64,000 nucleotides of DNA from Bacillota bacterium (GCA_017889545.1 JAGFZV010000016.1:9124-73123), one strand, 5' to 3'. Positions 9,231 through 19,391 are shown, numbered from the stretch's first letter. The notes: generated from the letters alone by a model not told the origin. Numbers and translations are program-made.

Positions 9231-10550
9231 TTATGAAACTTTACTCTTTTTCACAGTAGTTTCAGCGCCGACCTGATAAGATTTGTCCAGCAATTGGATG
9301 ACATGGACAACGTCTTGGGGCAGCTTATAACGTTCGAGACCGTCAATAATATGCATCCGGCACATGCCGCAACTTGTGGCGACAATATCCGCCTTTGTGT
9401 CCGCAATGTTTTCGATCTTGCGATTATTAATTTTTAAAGCTACATCGTAATGCGCCACGCTGAACGATCCACCCGCGCCGCAACAACGGTCGGCGTCTTT
9501 CATTTCAACAAATTTGAGTCCGGGAATAGATTGTAAAATTTCGCGAGGCTGTGAAGTCACTTTGATTCCCCTGGCCATATGGCAGGGATCATGCATGGTT
9601 ACTGTAATATTCACTTCGCCCAGCTTGGATTGATCAAACTTCACAACGTCAACCAAAAATTCGCTGATTTCGTAGGTTTTCTTTGCAATGGCTTCCGCCC
9701 GTTCTTTCATTTCCGGATCATCATGGAACATTTCCGGGTATTCTTTTTTGAAAGCCATTGTGCAGGAGCCGCAACTGGCGACGATGTAATCCAACTTGTA
9801 ACGCTCAAAGGTTTCAATATTGTGTTTGGCAAATACTTTCGCCAATTCAATATCGCCGGATGTGAAAACCGGAATACCGCAGCAGTGCTGCATGGGCGGC
9901 ATCACCACTTCCACATTGTTCTTTTTCAACACATTGATGACGGCTTTGCCAACATCCGTATAAATATAATTGATTGTGCAGCCGGTGAAGAAGCCAACCC
10001 GCATTTTGGGGTTATCGACTTTGATCACTTCGGGATACTGACTGCGCAGCGGCGTGGCGGCAAAAGGCGCCAAAACCCGGCGTCGATCCAGACCAGGCAT
10101 GGGGAAACGTAGGAGTCTCGCCATTGGCCGCGGTAATTTTTTAAAGCTTAATGGTCCGAACAAGCCGGCCATGCGAAGAGAAAAATCAAACAGCCGCCGA
10201 TTTTTCAATAACTTAAACACCATATTTTTGACTGGATGCAAACCACGCGAACTTACAGCGGCTTGACGGGCGCGGATAATCAGTTCGTCCGCTTTGACTC
10301 CGCACGGACATTTGGCAGTGCAGGCCTTGCAAGATACGCACATCGACATCCGTTTGTCGAAACCGGCGGTGATCTCGCTGTTGCCGTTGAGTACAGCTTC
10401 CATTAACGAAAGTTTACCGCGGGCGACAGCAGATTCTGTCTTCAGTTCTTTATAAATCGGGCAGACCTCCATACAGTTGCCGCATTTCATGCAATTGGAA
10501 ATGGCGTCGTTGATATCCCTCAGAAGTTCTTTATCTTTGATCATTATCAA
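9231..10550 (-). CDS. (Fe-S)-binding CCG-domain oxidoreductase subunit (GlcF/LutA-like) of lactate/glycolate dehydrogenase
   Basis: Two N-terminal 4Fe-4S ferredoxin motifs (CMKCGNCMEVCP; CVSCKACTAKCP) and two C-terminal cysteine-rich CCG domains. The start overlaps the upstream glcD-like stop. Confidence 0.65.
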   Translation of the reverse strand: MIMIKDKELLRDINDAISNCMKCGNCMEVCPIYKELKTESAVARGKLSLMEAVLNGNSEITAGFDKRMSMCVSCKACTAKCPCGVKADELIIRARQAAVSSRGLHPVKNMVFKLLKNRRLFDFSLRMAGLFGPLSFKKLPRPMARLLRFPMPGLDRRRVLAPFAATPLRSQYPEVIKVDNPKMRVGFFTGCTINYIYTDVGKAVINVLKKNNVEVVMPPMQHCCGIPVFTSGDIELAKVFAKHNIETFERYKLDYIVASCGSCTMAFKKEYPEMFHDDPEMKERAEAIAKKTYEISEFLVDVVKFDQSKLGEVNITVTMHDPCHMARGIKVTSQPREILQSIPGLKFVEMKDADRCCGAGGSFSVAHYDVALKINNRKIENIADTKADIVATSCGMCRMHIIDGLERYKLPQDVVHVIQLLDKSYQVGAETTVKKSKVS

Positions 10551-11905
10551 CCCTCCTTGACGCGATTGACGGGATTTAAAATGTTGTTAGGATCTAAAGA
10601 AAATTTAATCGCTTGTTTGGCGTACGTTTCCGGCTGTCCTGACCGATCCTCTTGGAACCGGCTGCAAAAAATTCCGCCTAATTCAAGAGCAGCGGCTGAT
10701 ATCTCCTTCATTGCATTCGAGGCATGAGAAATCAAGCTTTTATCGGATGCATTAAAAAGAATTGTCGGATGCAGTACGCCATCACCAATGTGGCCAAAGG
10801 CAGCAATTGTAAGCTTGTTTTTCGAAGCAATCGAGGTAATTTTGTCGACCATATCTGCCGCCTTGCTTCGGGGGATGATCGCATCGGTCATCCACATAAT
10901 GTCATTCGATTTGGCGAGCGACGTGATGGCTGCTCTACGGGCATTCCAAAATGCATCTTGTTCTATTTCGGTTTCGGCTACCGTAACCTGTTGTACATTG
11001 TGGGCTTGCAAAATGGCGCTTATTTTTGCCATATCATTTTCGACAACCTTTGTAATCCCGTCAATTTCGATGATCAGCGCCGCTTTGATATCAGGCGGCA
11101 AGCTGGACGGAGCTTTGCTGCCCAAAGCTTGAATTGTCACGGAATCCATAAATTCGAGGGTCGCAGGTACTATTTTATCGTCAAGGATAGCTTTGACCGC
11201 TTTACCGGCATCGACAAAGTTTTTAAAGCCTGCCAGCAGGCATTTTTGGGTTTCTGGGGCCGGCATCAATTTTACAATCACTTTGGTAATAATGCCTAAC
11301 GTTCCTTGGGATCCGGTCATTAGTTTCGTTAGGTCATATCCGGCTACGTCCTTTACATTTTTGCCGCCGGTTTTTAATATTTTTCCGTCAGCTAAGACAA
11401 CTTCCAATCCCATAATGTAATGTTTGGTACTCCCATACTTCAGACTCCGTATATTCGTTGCGTTTTGTGCCACCATGCCGCCGATTGTAGCGGTAAAAAT
11501 AGTTCCCGGATCAGGGGGAAATATCAGACCGAATTTTTTTACTTCCTTGTTCAAGTCGGCGACAAAAATGCCTGGTTCTACAGTTGCCGCCAGGTTTGCC
11601 GTATCAATTTCCAGAAGAGAATTCATTCGCCTGAGAAGCAAGATAATTCCACCTTCAACAGGAGTTATGGCATTGTATAAGTTAGATCCATAGCCTCGAG
11701 GATATACCGGGATTTTTTCTGCATTGGCCAATGCCAGAACCCGGGACACTTCCGCAGTATCGGCTGGCTCTATGATTGCATCCGGAAGTCTTGAAAAACC
11801 CGGATCCTTATCATATGCATATTCCAGCAACGTGTCGTTAGCAGTAAGCACATGATTCGCTCCGACAATTCGGGAGAAAGCATCAATGAGGTCTTGTCGC
11901 ATCAT
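10547..11905 (-). CDS. FAD-linked oxidase (GlcD/D-lactate dehydrogenase family), copy 2
   Basis: 452-aa FAD-binding PCMH domain plus C-terminal FAD-oxidase domain (GHIGDGVLHP). RBS AAAGGAG. Confidence 0.7.
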   Translation of the reverse strand: MMRQDLIDAFSRIVGANHVLTANDTLLEYAYDKDPGFSRLPDAIIEPADTAEVSRVLALANAEKIPVYPRGYGSNLYNAITPVEGGIILLLRRMNSLLEIDTANLAATVEPGIFVADLNKEVKKFGLIFPPDPGTIFTATIGGMVAQNATNIRSLKYGSTKHYIMGLEVVLADGKILKTGGKNVKDVAGYDLTKLMTGSQGTLGIITKVIVKLMPAPETQKCLLAGFKNFVDAGKAVKAILDDKIVPATLEFMDSVTIQALGSKAPSSLPPDIKAALIIEIDGITKVVENDMAKISAILQAHNVQQVTVAETEIEQDAFWNARRAAITSLAKSNDIMWMTDAIIPRSKAADMVDKITSIASKNKLTIAAFGHIGDGVLHPTILFNASDKSLISHASNAMKEISAAALELGGIFCSRFQEDRSGQPETYAKQAIKFSLDPNNILNPVNRVKEG

Positions 11906-11949
11906 TACAAGCTCCTTTACAAAAAATAGTTATATCACCAAATCCAACT

Positions 11950-13335
11950 TCAAGGTACCTGCATTTCACCAAGCATTTTTCCTGGATTTAAAATGTTGTT
12001 CGGGTCTATTGCTTGTTTAATCGATCGCATTACACTCATACCCGCTTCACCAAACTGATTGGGCATATATTTTAACTTACCTAGCCCAATGCCATGCTCA
12101 CCGGAAAGTGTTCCTCCCAACGCCAAGGCAGTCATGAAAATTTCTTCCATCGCCTGGTAAACACGTTTCATCTCTTCTTTATCACGAAGATCGGTAACAA
12201 TTGTGGGATGTAAATTTCCATCTCCGGCATGGCCGAACGTACCGATCTGCACATTGTATTTTTGGGCAATATCAATAACGGCCCGCAACATATCCGGAAC
12301 CTTGCTTCTCGGAACAGTCGCATCTTCGCAAAATGTTGACGGCCGCAACTTAGCTAATGAAGGAAGTGCCGCCCGGCGTGCCGCCCACACCTGATCCCGT
12401 TCCTGCGAACTTTTCGCAACCTTTACTTCACCATGATTTTCACGCAATACCTTCTCCATCTTCAAAGCATCTTGTTCAACCGTATCATAATCGCCGTCAA
12501 CCTCGGCAAGAATAATTGCTTCCGCCTCTACCGGAAGACCTAATTTCACAAAACTTTCCACCGTACGAATCGTATAGTTATCCATTATTTCCAGCGTAGC
12601 AGGAATAATATTATGACTGATAATATCAGCAATCGCCTTGCCAGCATCATTCAAATCGCCAAAAACCGCCATCATACTCTTACGGTGGGCCGGTGCCGGC
12701 ATAAGGCGTACGACAATTTTGGTAATAATGCCCAACGTTCCTTCAGATCCGGTTAACAACATGACCATATCATAGCCCGGAGCATGGGCTGTCCGGCCGC
12801 CGAATTCCACAATTTGACCATCCGCTAGAACCGCCTGCAAGCCAATCACATAATGTTTGGTTACGCCATACTTCAATCCCCTCAGACCGCCTGAATTTTC
12901 CGCAACCGTTCCGCCAATCGACGCGGTTGCCACGGTTCCCGGATCAGGTGGGTATATCAATCCGAATTTTTCTACAGCCACATTTAATTCCTGAACAATC
13001 ACCGCCGGTTCTACAACGGCAATCCGGTCAATCGGATCGATCTCGACGATTTTATTCATTCGAATTGTAAACAGCACAATCCCACCCGACATCGGGACTG
13101 CACCTGCACTGAGATTGGTCCCTGATCCGCGGGTATACACCGGAATTTTTTCTCGATTGGCTAATTTTACTATTTGCGATATTTCCTCTGCATTCGCAGG
13201 TTGTACAATGGCGTCCGGCAAATTAAAGAACCCCGGGGTAGCATCATAACCAAAGCAGATTAAATCTTCTTTTTCAGTCTGGACCCATTCATTGCCGACA
13301 ATAGCCTCTAATTCTTTGATCAACTGCTCTTTCAT
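11950..13335 (-). CDS. FAD-linked oxidase (GlcD/D-lactate dehydrogenase family), copy 1
   Basis: 461-aa paralog of the adjacent gene (GHAGDGNLHP) and first gene after the promoter palindrome. Confidence 0.7.
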   Translation of the reverse strand: MKEQLIKELEAIVGNEWVQTEKEDLICFGYDATPGFFNLPDAIVQPANAEEISQIVKLANREKIPVYTRGSGTNLSAGAVPMSGGIVLFTIRMNKIVEIDPIDRIAVVEPAVIVQELNVAVEKFGLIYPPDPGTVATASIGGTVAENSGGLRGLKYGVTKHYVIGLQAVLADGQIVEFGGRTAHAPGYDMVMLLTGSEGTLGIITKIVVRLMPAPAHRKSMMAVFGDLNDAGKAIADIISHNIIPATLEIMDNYTIRTVESFVKLGLPVEAEAIILAEVDGDYDTVEQDALKMEKVLRENHGEVKVAKSSQERDQVWAARRAALPSLAKLRPSTFCEDATVPRSKVPDMLRAVIDIAQKYNVQIGTFGHAGDGNLHPTIVTDLRDKEEMKRVYQAMEEIFMTALALGGTLSGEHGIGLGKLKYMPNQFGEAGMSVMRSIKQAIDPNNILNPGKMLGEMQVP

Positions 13336-13400
13336 CGATCATTCCCCATCTTTCAATTTAATTAACTACCCGGTTTCTTCATGCAAAACAAGTTTGCGTC

Positions 13401-13420
13401 ACCACTATGATCATAGTGGT
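13401..13420. promoter_or_regulatory. perfect 20-bp palindrome ACCACTATGATCATAGTGGT in the glcD-operon promoter (candidate GntR/LutR-type operator)
   Basis: Read directly. A second partial copy aaccactatgatca lies at 13464-13477, and a ttgactatcgtcaa palindrome at 13442-13455. Confidence 0.4.
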
Positions 13421-13579
13421 TAATTGTATCTTGCGAAGTATTTGACTATCGTCAAGATCATTTAACCACTATGATCAATTTGTTTTTGGCTGATTTTATG
13501 CAATTAGATTAAATTATCGTTACTATTTGTGGTAAAATCGTCCTCTAAATATTTTCTCCATACCCTTTCAAAAATTTCA

Positions 13580-15241
13580 TTATGGAAGCATCCAGCCGAG
13601 AACGTAGGCTTGCAAATAAGTCAATACCCCCATAAAGATAACCATCGCAATGCTGTGCGGCAACGCAAACCGGAAGATGGTTGACTCCTGCCCAACCAAA
13701 CCGGTAGCAGCGCACGCAACGGAGATACTTTGCGGCGAAATCATTTTACCGCAAACACCGCCGGACGAGTTGGCCGCCACAGTAAGTGTCGGGTCAATAC
13801 CAAGCTGCTCCGCAGCTGTTTTTTGCATCGAACCAAACAAAGCGTTGGATGAAGTATCTGACCCTGTCAAGAAAACCCCCATCCAGCCCAACAGTGGCGA
13901 GAAGAAGGGGAATAATGCCCCAGTGGCAGTAAAAGCAAGACCCAGCGTAGAGCTCATGCCCGAATAGTTCATGATGTAAGCCAAACCAAGGATCATCGCG
14001 ATCGTGGCAATCGGGAACATCAGTTGCTTGATCGTTCGGAAAAAGCAAGTGAACGCTCTCCCAAAACTATAATTTGGCATAATAAAAATGGAAAGCAGAC
14101 CCGATAAAAAGATCGCTGTACCGGCTGCAGACAAGAAATTGATCGCATAACCGGCCGCATATGGAGTATTTTTAATCACAACAGGAGCCGTTTTAATCAC
14201 GAGGTTATGCAATCCAGGCCAGACCAAAGGAGTCAATCCAAGGGCTTTCTCCCAGCCAACCAGTGTGTTTTTAAAACCAAGGAATTTATCATCCGCCCAT
14301 AAGAATACGAGGACGGCCAGAATCAAGTACGGTGCCCATGCACGCAAAATCTCTCCCATTGAATAGTCACTTTTGGTTATGCCCACAGACGGTTTTTCAT
14401 CCGGAAAATGCCACACCTGGCTCGGCTTCCAGAATTTAAGAAAAACCAGCAAACCAACCATAGTAACAAAAGCTGACGTAATATCCGGCAAATACACGCT
14501 AATGTAGTTGGAAGTATAAAATTGCGTAGCGGCAAAGCAAACACCGGCAACAATAACCGCCGGCAAGACTTCCATTGACCGTTTCCAGCCGCACATTAAA
14601 ACAACCAGCCACAAAGGTACGATAACCGAAAGAAACGGCAGTTGACGGCCAACAACCTTGCTGATCGCCATTGGATCAATACCGGTAACCTGCCCGGCCA
14701 CTACGACCGGAATGCCGATAGCGCCAAAGGCGACCGGCGCCGTATTGGCGATCAGGCAAATACCGGCGGCATAGACCGGGTTAAAGCCAAGACCCACCAG
14801 CATAGCGGCAGTAATTGCCACAGGCGTGCCAAAACCGGCGGTGCCTTCAATGAATGAACCAAAGGCGAACGCGATGAACAACGCTTGCAGCCTCCGGTCA
14901 TCGGTAATCGCCGCCAACGAATTCTTAATAATCTCAAATTCGCCGGATTCGACGGTCATATTATAAACCCAAATCGCGGTGACGACGATCCAGACGATCG
15001 GGAATATGCCTACCATTGCACCATTTAACGTGGCACTAATTGCAAGTCCGACAGGCATTTTAAAAACAAATATTGCAATCAAAATAGCGGATAAAACCCC
15101 GAAAAACGCCGCATTGTGTCCTTTGGACCGTTTAATGCCCAGCATATACAATAAGATAAATAATGGGATCGCTGCAACTAAAGCGGATAAACCGATACTT
15201 CCTAACGGAGCATAGTTCTGAAGCCACATGAATGAATACAC
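13580..15241 (-). CDS. lctP: L-lactate permease (LctP family)
   Basis: 553-aa polytopic membrane protein with an LctP-family N-terminus (MWLQNYAPLGSIGLSALVAAIPL...). Confidence 0.75.
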   Translation of the reverse strand: MYSFMWLQNYAPLGSIGLSALVAAIPLFILLYMLGIKRSKGHNAAFFGVLSAILIAIFVFKMPVGLAISATLNGAMVGIFPIVWIVVTAIWVYNMTVESGEFEIIKNSLAAITDDRRLQALFIAFAFGSFIEGTAGFGTPVAITAAMLVGLGFNPVYAAGICLIANTAPVAFGAIGIPVVVAGQVTGIDPMAISKVVGRQLPFLSVIVPLWLVVLMCGWKRSMEVLPAVIVAGVCFAATQFYTSNYISVYLPDITSAFVTMVGLLVFLKFWKPSQVWHFPDEKPSVGITKSDYSMGEILRAWAPYLILAVLVFLWADDKFLGFKNTLVGWEKALGLTPLVWPGLHNLVIKTAPVVIKNTPYAAGYAINFLSAAGTAIFLSGLLSIFIMPNYSFGRAFTCFFRTIKQLMFPIATIAMILGLAYIMNYSGMSSTLGLAFTATGALFPFFSPLLGWMGVFLTGSDTSSNALFGSMQKTAAEQLGIDPTLTVAANSSGGVCGKMISPQSISVACAATGLVGQESTIFRFALPHSIAMVIFMGVLTYLQAYVLGWMLP

Positions 15242-15790
15242 CTCTCTCTTCTAATCGAATAACAAAGCATAACCATCTTTCGACTCTTTGCCCTTTCACC
15301 TCCCTTTCATTTTTTTTGCTCGCCCAAAAATGTTCGTCTACAAACCTCCTCCAACATTACAAGATCCGGGCTGTGACAAGCTTTGTCGACTGCAAAAGCT
15401 ATAGGTTGGACTTATATCTGCCACAAAAAATATCTTTTCTGATGAATAAGAAATAATAACGATAGATCCTAATTGAGAAGCTGTTTAGAACCAAATCATA
15501 TTAGTCCAAGTCATACCTGCCTTGCTGTTTGCAGTTACAGGGAACTGTGATGACATCTCATTTCCATTCGCCTTTGAATGATTGGCGCATGATATTGTTG
15601 GCGTCAGCTGCTTCTTCTTAAACGGCAAATCATAGTCGCGATACTTTCTAAGACTTAGCAAACTTCATAAGATCTTCCGTTTTTTAGACTGATTGATTCC
15701 AACATTGCTTGTCCCAATGTTGTGGTTGTTTGGCAAAGCCGATCCGTTCTCGTCCTTCCATCTATTTCATGCAATAAAAACCAGTCACCC

Positions 15791-15805
15791 AGTGGTCCTA
15801 CCACT
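15791..15805. promoter_or_regulatory. AGTGGTcctACCACT inverted repeat matching the GntR/FadR-type TGGTnnnACCA operator consensus
   Basis: Read directly inside the 880-bp non-coding stretch upstream of lctP. It shares the ACCACT/AGTGGT half-site with the 13401 palindrome. Confidence 0.3.
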
Positions 15806-16124
15806 ATTCCAATTATTATTGTAAATTATTTTAACTGAAAAAACAATGTATTTAGACAAGTTAAAATATTAACATGATTTTGCTTTTTGTCCGATCAGCG
15901 AGACACATTACGTTCAAGCACTACTGACTTCATCAATAAAATTGTTATACCATAATTCGGTAAATTTGCTTAGTCTTTTCAAAAAGAAAGATCTAAAACT
16001 TTATAAATTATGTTTTTTGTGGTATCCTTATCCATGTTCCGCTTCCTTATGTTAGAGGTTATGGATAGAGTTCCCTGCCCCATCTCTATTGGCACAGCAT
16101 AAATTTATGAGGAGAGTTGATAAT

Positions 16125-16826
16125 ATGGAGTTAACGAACGAGCAGAGAACTGCATTGAAAGGAAAGGGCTATATCACCATGAAGGACGGCCTTCATTTTT
16201 CCTGCCGGGTTGTAATCTCAGCCGGAAAAATAAGTGCGTTACAAGCCCAAAAAATAACAGAAATCTGTCAATCCTATGGAAAAGGATATTTCACTATAAC
16301 CCATCGCTCCAATGTACAGATCCCATGGGTGCAGTATGAAGACTTGGACAATGTGGCTAAGTCGCTTGAAGAGGCCGGCTTATCGATTGGCGGAACCGGG
16401 CCGAGAGTACGACCGGCTCATAACTGCAAAGGCCCTGCATGTCGGTTCCATTTGTATGATACGGAAGCTGCTGCGCAACAAATGAATGAACGATTTTACA
16501 AGGGTTATTACGACGTTAAACTTCCCAGCAAGTTTAGAATACAACTAAGCGGATGCCCAAACAATTGCGCTAAGACTCAGTTAGGCTGCGTAAGTCTGCA
16601 AGGCAGAAGACCTAATCAAGTAGCTGTTTTAATCGGCGGAATGTCGGGAAGAAACACTATCGTTGGCAAAGAAATAGCCGGCCTTTACTCCATTCCTGAA
16701 GCCATGGATATGATAGAAACCGCTTTGCAATTTTATAAAGAAAACGGTCTTCCAGGTGAACGCTTTGCCAAAATGGTGGATCGAGTAGGGTTCGAAAATG
16801 TCGAGAAAGCTTTGTTAGGCAACTGA
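16125..16826 (+). CDS. nitrite/sulfite reductase ferredoxin-like half-domain protein (siroheme/4Fe-4S type)
   Basis: The track ORF starts at a TTG at 16089. The ATG at 16125 is preferred because of the GAGGAGAG RBS. Cys motifs CKGPACRF and CPNNC match the NiR/SiR siroheme-[4Fe-4S] coupling signature. Confidence 0.5.
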   Translation: MELTNEQRTALKGKGYITMKDGLHFSCRVVISAGKISALQAQKITEICQSYGKGYFTITHRSNVQIPWVQYEDLDNVAKSLEEAGLSIGGTGPRVRPAHNCKGPACRFHLYDTEAAAQQMNERFYKGYYDVKLPSKFRIQLSGCPNNCAKTQLGCVSLQGRRPNQVAVLIGGMSGRNTIVGKEIAGLYSIPEAMDMIETALQFYKENGLPGERFAKMVDRVGFENVEKALLGN

Positions 16827-16854
16827 AAAATTTTTGTTTTAGACAACGCAAAAG

Positions 16855-16908
16855 AAAACATTGGAAGCGCACTGATCCTTGTCAGTGCGCTTCCAATGTT
16901 TTCTTTTT
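16855..16908. terminator. bidirectional Rho-independent terminator (19-bp perfect stem, loop tccttg, T-tract)
   Basis: aacattggaagcgcactga-tccttg-tcagtgcgcttccaatgtt followed by ttctttttat, between convergent genes. Confidence 0.65.
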
Positions 16909-16949
16909 ATAAACGAATCCATAATTCCCTGTTTTATTTATGTTGCAAA

Positions 16950-17768
16950 CTACTCAATCCAAGTTACCTTTAACGGATTTCTGTCGACTAACCGTTTGAA
17001 TGTATATTGGGGATAACCCAGCATCATTGTTCCGGCCACAGTAAATCCCTCCGGTATTTGCATTAATTCTAAAAGTGGTTTATATTGTGAACCTGCAACC
17101 ATTTCTACAAAACCAGCCCAGCAAGTTCCAAGTCCCATTGCTGTTGCATACAATTCTACATACTCCAGTGAAAAACGCGCATTGTCATGTGCCATTTCAA
17201 AACCTTGCGGCGCAATGGCCGCGATCAGACAAGGAGCGTCACGCAAAATAACATCCACGTTTTGTTTACGATAAGCTTCTGCCAATCCAGCAAACGGCCT
17301 TACCCATTCAACCTTATCCGCAAGTTGCTTTTCCAACCAAATTATTGTTGCTTCCGTTATTTTTTTAAGCTTTTCAGCATTTTCAATTACAACATAGGAT
17401 AAGCCCTGCGAATTACAGCCCGAAGGTGCAAATCTAGCAATGTCGAGCAATTTTGCGACCGTTTCTTTGGCTATTTTATCTTTTTTATATTTCCGTATGG
17501 AACGTCGTGACCGCAAAAATACGGCTGCCGTATCTGCATCAATTATTGGATATTTATCTAATGCCACTTGGTTATTAAGTGGTGCTTTCACATGATCCAA
17601 CGCCGCTGTCGGGCAAACTGCCGTACAGTGTCCACAAGCAATACAAGCTGATGCATAAAGCATTTGCGGTCCTTCCGGTCTCATGCCGATAATACCGCTG
17701 GGGCATACCTCAGAACAAATCCCACATTTTATACAAAGATTATGATCAATTTTTAATAGTTCCACCAA
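16950..17768 (-). CDS. 2x[4Fe-4S] ferredoxin-nitroreductase family fusion protein
   Basis: An N-terminal CIKCGICSEVCP / CIACGHCTAVCP pair is followed by a nitroreductase-fold domain. TTG start with RBS AGGGGGG. Confidence 0.6.
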   Translation of the reverse strand: MVELLKIDHNLCIKCGICSEVCPSGIIGMRPEGPQMLYASACIACGHCTAVCPTAALDHVKAPLNNQVALDKYPIIDADTAAVFLRSRRSIRKYKKDKIAKETVAKLLDIARFAPSGCNSQGLSYVVIENAEKLKKITEATIIWLEKQLADKVEWVRPFAGLAEAYRKQNVDVILRDAPCLIAAIAPQGFEMAHDNARFSLEYVELYATAMGLGTCWAGFVEMVAGSQYKPLLELMQIPEGFTVAGTMMLGYPQYTFKRLVDRNPLKVTWIE

Positions 17769-18067
17769 ATCGCCCCCCTAAATTATCATTTACTAGCAAT
17801 GAAATGAGATAGCTTGCCTCGCAAACAGATTTAAGCAAACGCTCACTCTCCCGGGTGAGCGTTTGTTCTTTTTCAACGGGTGATGGGTTTTCGGCATGCT
17901 TTCCTTGGCAACCCAGATAATCTCCAGCCGGCATTAGGTGGTGAGCCCTCCTCTTACTGTTGCTGCATCTCTACTTTATCCCGTTGTTAGATCTTAAATA
18001 CATTTTTGATAACAGAATTCCTTTTCCCAAAAAACATAATGACTCTTTCTTCACCAATGGCTGTTCT

Positions 18068-19330
18068 TCATTTAAAAGAAAACTTTATCTTGAACTCAGT
18101 CCCTACCCCTATAGTGCTTTTAACACTTATCTTGCCACCGTGCTTATTGACTATCCATTCTCCAATAGCCAAACCCAAGCCGTAGCTTGCGTCATTACCG
18201 GACCGAGCCTTGTCGGCACGGTAGAAACGCTGAAAAATCAAGGGAAGGTCGCTTTCGGCTATGCCGATACCAGTGTCCTTTACGATCAAATCCACGGAAG
18301 CGTCCTTTTTGGTACAAGTTACCGTAATGCTTCCACCGGCCGGAGTGTATTTAACCGCATTGTCGAGCAAAATAACCGACAACTGATAAAGCCTTTCGCG
18401 GTCCCCGGTCATGGCGATAGCCCCCTCAATATTGGTATGAATGCTGATATTCTTGTATGCCGCAAGAGCTTGAAACTGTTGTGTAACATCGACAAGTATA
18501 GTATCAAGCATAACAGGACCCAAATTCAGCTCTAACTCATCGGAATCCGCCCTGGCCAGCGTCAGCAAGGATGAAACCAATTTGCCCATCCGCGTGGACT
18601 GATTGATAATGGCCGCAATTCGCTCACTTTCTTTTTCGATGGAATTGCCGGGATTTTGCAGAAGCAATTCCGCATTAGATCTAATAACCGCGAGGGGCGT
18701 TCTCAATTCATGGGATGCGTCGGCAACAAATTGCCGCTGTTTTTCCCACGCGGCCCTGATGGTCAATAACAGCTTCCGTGTCATGTAATAGGTGAGCAAT
18801 GCGAACAGAACGGCGCCAGCTATGCCGCCTGGCACATTGAGCAGTAGAAAGGTGTCAAGAATATCCACTTCCGATGAAATATTAGCCAGCGCCACCAACT
18901 CTTTGGCAACATAGCTCTCCGTCCCTTCCCATAAAACCGGGTATTGATTTTCGGGGAAGGAAAGCCGAAAAATCCGGTAGGAACTGCCATGAACCTTTGC
19001 CGTGTGGCCGCCGGGCGACGGAGGTTCGTCAAGCAGGGTCTTAATATCTTCAGGGGGAATTCTCCCCGACGGATGAAGATCGATATACCGGTCATTTTCG
19101 TCGCGAATATATACCACCGGCAAGATGCCCATAGGCAATCGCATGGAATGAAACTCCGGCCCCTGATGGGCGCGGTAAAAGCCATTTATTTCGAATTGCA
19201 TATCAGCATCGATTTTTTCATATATCCGGTATTCAAAATACGAGTGGGAAACAACGTTATAGAGGATAAACAAACAGAATATGGCTATGGCATTTAATGT
19301 GGACAGTTTAAGCTGGACATTTTGGAACAA
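18068..19330 (-). CDS. sensor histidine kinase (periplasmic sensor, HisKA + HATPase_c)
   Basis: Two TM segments flank a ~150-aa extracytoplasmic domain. H-box ASHELRTPLAVIRSNAELL and G1/G2 boxes (DTGIGI, GLGLAI) are present. Confidence 0.7.
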   Translation of the reverse strand: MFQNVQLKLSTLNAIAIFCLFILYNVVSHSYFEYRIYEKIDADMQFEINGFYRAHQGPEFHSMRLPMGILPVVYIRDENDRYIDLHPSGRIPPEDIKTLLDEPPSPGGHTAKVHGSSYRIFRLSFPENQYPVLWEGTESYVAKELVALANISSEVDILDTFLLLNVPGGIAGAVLFALLTYYMTRKLLLTIRAAWEKQRQFVADASHELRTPLAVIRSNAELLLQNPGNSIEKESERIAAIINQSTRMGKLVSSLLTLARADSDELELNLGPVMLDTILVDVTQQFQALAAYKNISIHTNIEGAIAMTGDRERLYQLSVILLDNAVKYTPAGGSITVTCTKKDASVDLIVKDTGIGIAESDLPLIFQRFYRADKARSGNDASYGLGLAIGEWIVNKHGGKISVKSTIGVGTEFKIKFSFK

Positions 19331-19391
19331 GGACAGTCTGGTCAGTCACATTTCTCTCATCCCACCTTTGACGAATATTTGGCATCGGCTG

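Noticed and set aside
17960-18535. 191-aa plus-strand ORF overlapping the histidine kinase gene
   Set aside because: It lies opposite a gene with clear HisKA/HATPase motifs, has low-complexity composition and no start-site signals.
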